Source: Octopus bimaculoides | Taxonomy: Eukaryota | Direction of reading: 5' to 3' | Assembly (NCBI RefSeq): GCF_001194135.2 | Contig: NC_068991.1 | Coordinates: 47,652,785-47,716,784 of the forward strand | Length of the DNA stretch: 64,000 nt | In this document: one piece after another, positions 63,710 to 64,000 of the stretch | How the letters are laid out: each line of letters starts with the position of its first letter | Numbering within the stretch: position 1 is the first letter of the stretch | Notes under the pieces: model-generated | Told to the model about the DNA's origin: nothing | What the model saw: only the letters and a program-made list of their open reading frames with translations | The model's database searches: none | Made by a program: the position numbers and the translations under genes

Positions 63710-63803
63710 CTGTAATTCTGATTTTTGTTGCTCCAAAGTTCCTATCAATTCAGAACTATTTGTCTCTAGTTCAGCCATGGCAGTTGATGTTTCCATTAAT
63801 TCT
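63710..63803 (-). CDS. PLEKHD1: PLEKHD1-like coding exon, 94 nt (phase 2 to 0), ELMETSTAMAELETNSSELIGTLEQQKSELQ
   Basis: Acceptor ttttcttctttccaccaacag, donor CAG|gtaagg; open coiled-coil frame; phase matches the next exon. Confidence 0.85.
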
Positions 63804-64000
63804 CTGTTGGTGGAAAGAAGAAAACAGAAGTTTAGTATATAGACCATAGTTGGAAAGAATGAAAGAAACTAGGGAGGGGTAGATTGATTCATAGACAGGT
63901 AGATGGATAAATAGTTAGATAAATGGATAGATGGACAGAGAGACAGAGAGGTAAACGGACAGAAAAATAGATAGAACAGCAAGATAAATACACAGAGAGA

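Larger units (their letters stand above)
15530..63803 (-). other. PLEKHD1: 3' portion of a spliced PLEKHD1-like (PH domain + coiled-coil) gene; 5' exons lie outside the window
   Basis: Seven GT-AG exons join in frame: ELMETSTAMAELETNSSELIGTLEQQKSELQ|ILASEREKILTALKEK...EKAEAEKQ|LSENDERTSQLKAEKEYFSDQAHSMQATIL|DLNAQKELTESELR|EEILARIDAERRLRKAEKSLQYLDQAV...GMLKT|FFEDLAAESKIDANKPVVIKNMVHARKTLTRKANTLKFEKRRRSCK|NRPSS...SERM*. The ERRLRxAExxL...LKxFFE...KxPVxxKNxV pattern matches my recollection of the PLEKHD1 C-terminal region (not database-checked). Confidence 0.8.

Noticed and set aside
63571-63849. + strand 92-aa ORF (also + ORF 15525-15725)
   Set aside because: Antisense shadows of real minus-strand exons

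Overview
AT-rich, microsatellite-dense animal genomic DNA with six N-gaps. The SINE, MITE and LINE repertoire looks like that of Octopus (coleoid cephalopod); this is an inference from repeat sequences. The only host gene I can support is the 3' half of a minus-strand, multi-exon PLEKHD1-like coiled-coil gene. It has seven exons: 63710-63803, 56252-56433, 52645-52735, 51593-51634, 50080-50230, 45908-46045 and 15530-15708. All junctions are GT-AG with compatible phases, giving 291 aa plus stop; the PH-domain exons should lie beyond position 64000. The rest is intron or intergenic sequence filled with tRNA-derived SINEs built from shared modules, RTE and R4-type LINE relics, mariner/maT/Tigger relics, hAT and other MITEs, minisatellites and several near-perfect fold-back sequences. 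There are no rRNA genes, true tRNA genes or CRISPR arrays. Most entries in the supplied ORF track are artefacts of repeats or gaps. I found no convincing novel multi-gene system. The best leads are the hairpins (miRNA or ADAR candidates), the modular and stacked SINE architecture, and an unusual MITE with an 8-bp target-site duplication (TSD). Exon, TSD and hairpin coordinates were counted base by base; other repeat boundaries are approximate (about +/-20 bp).
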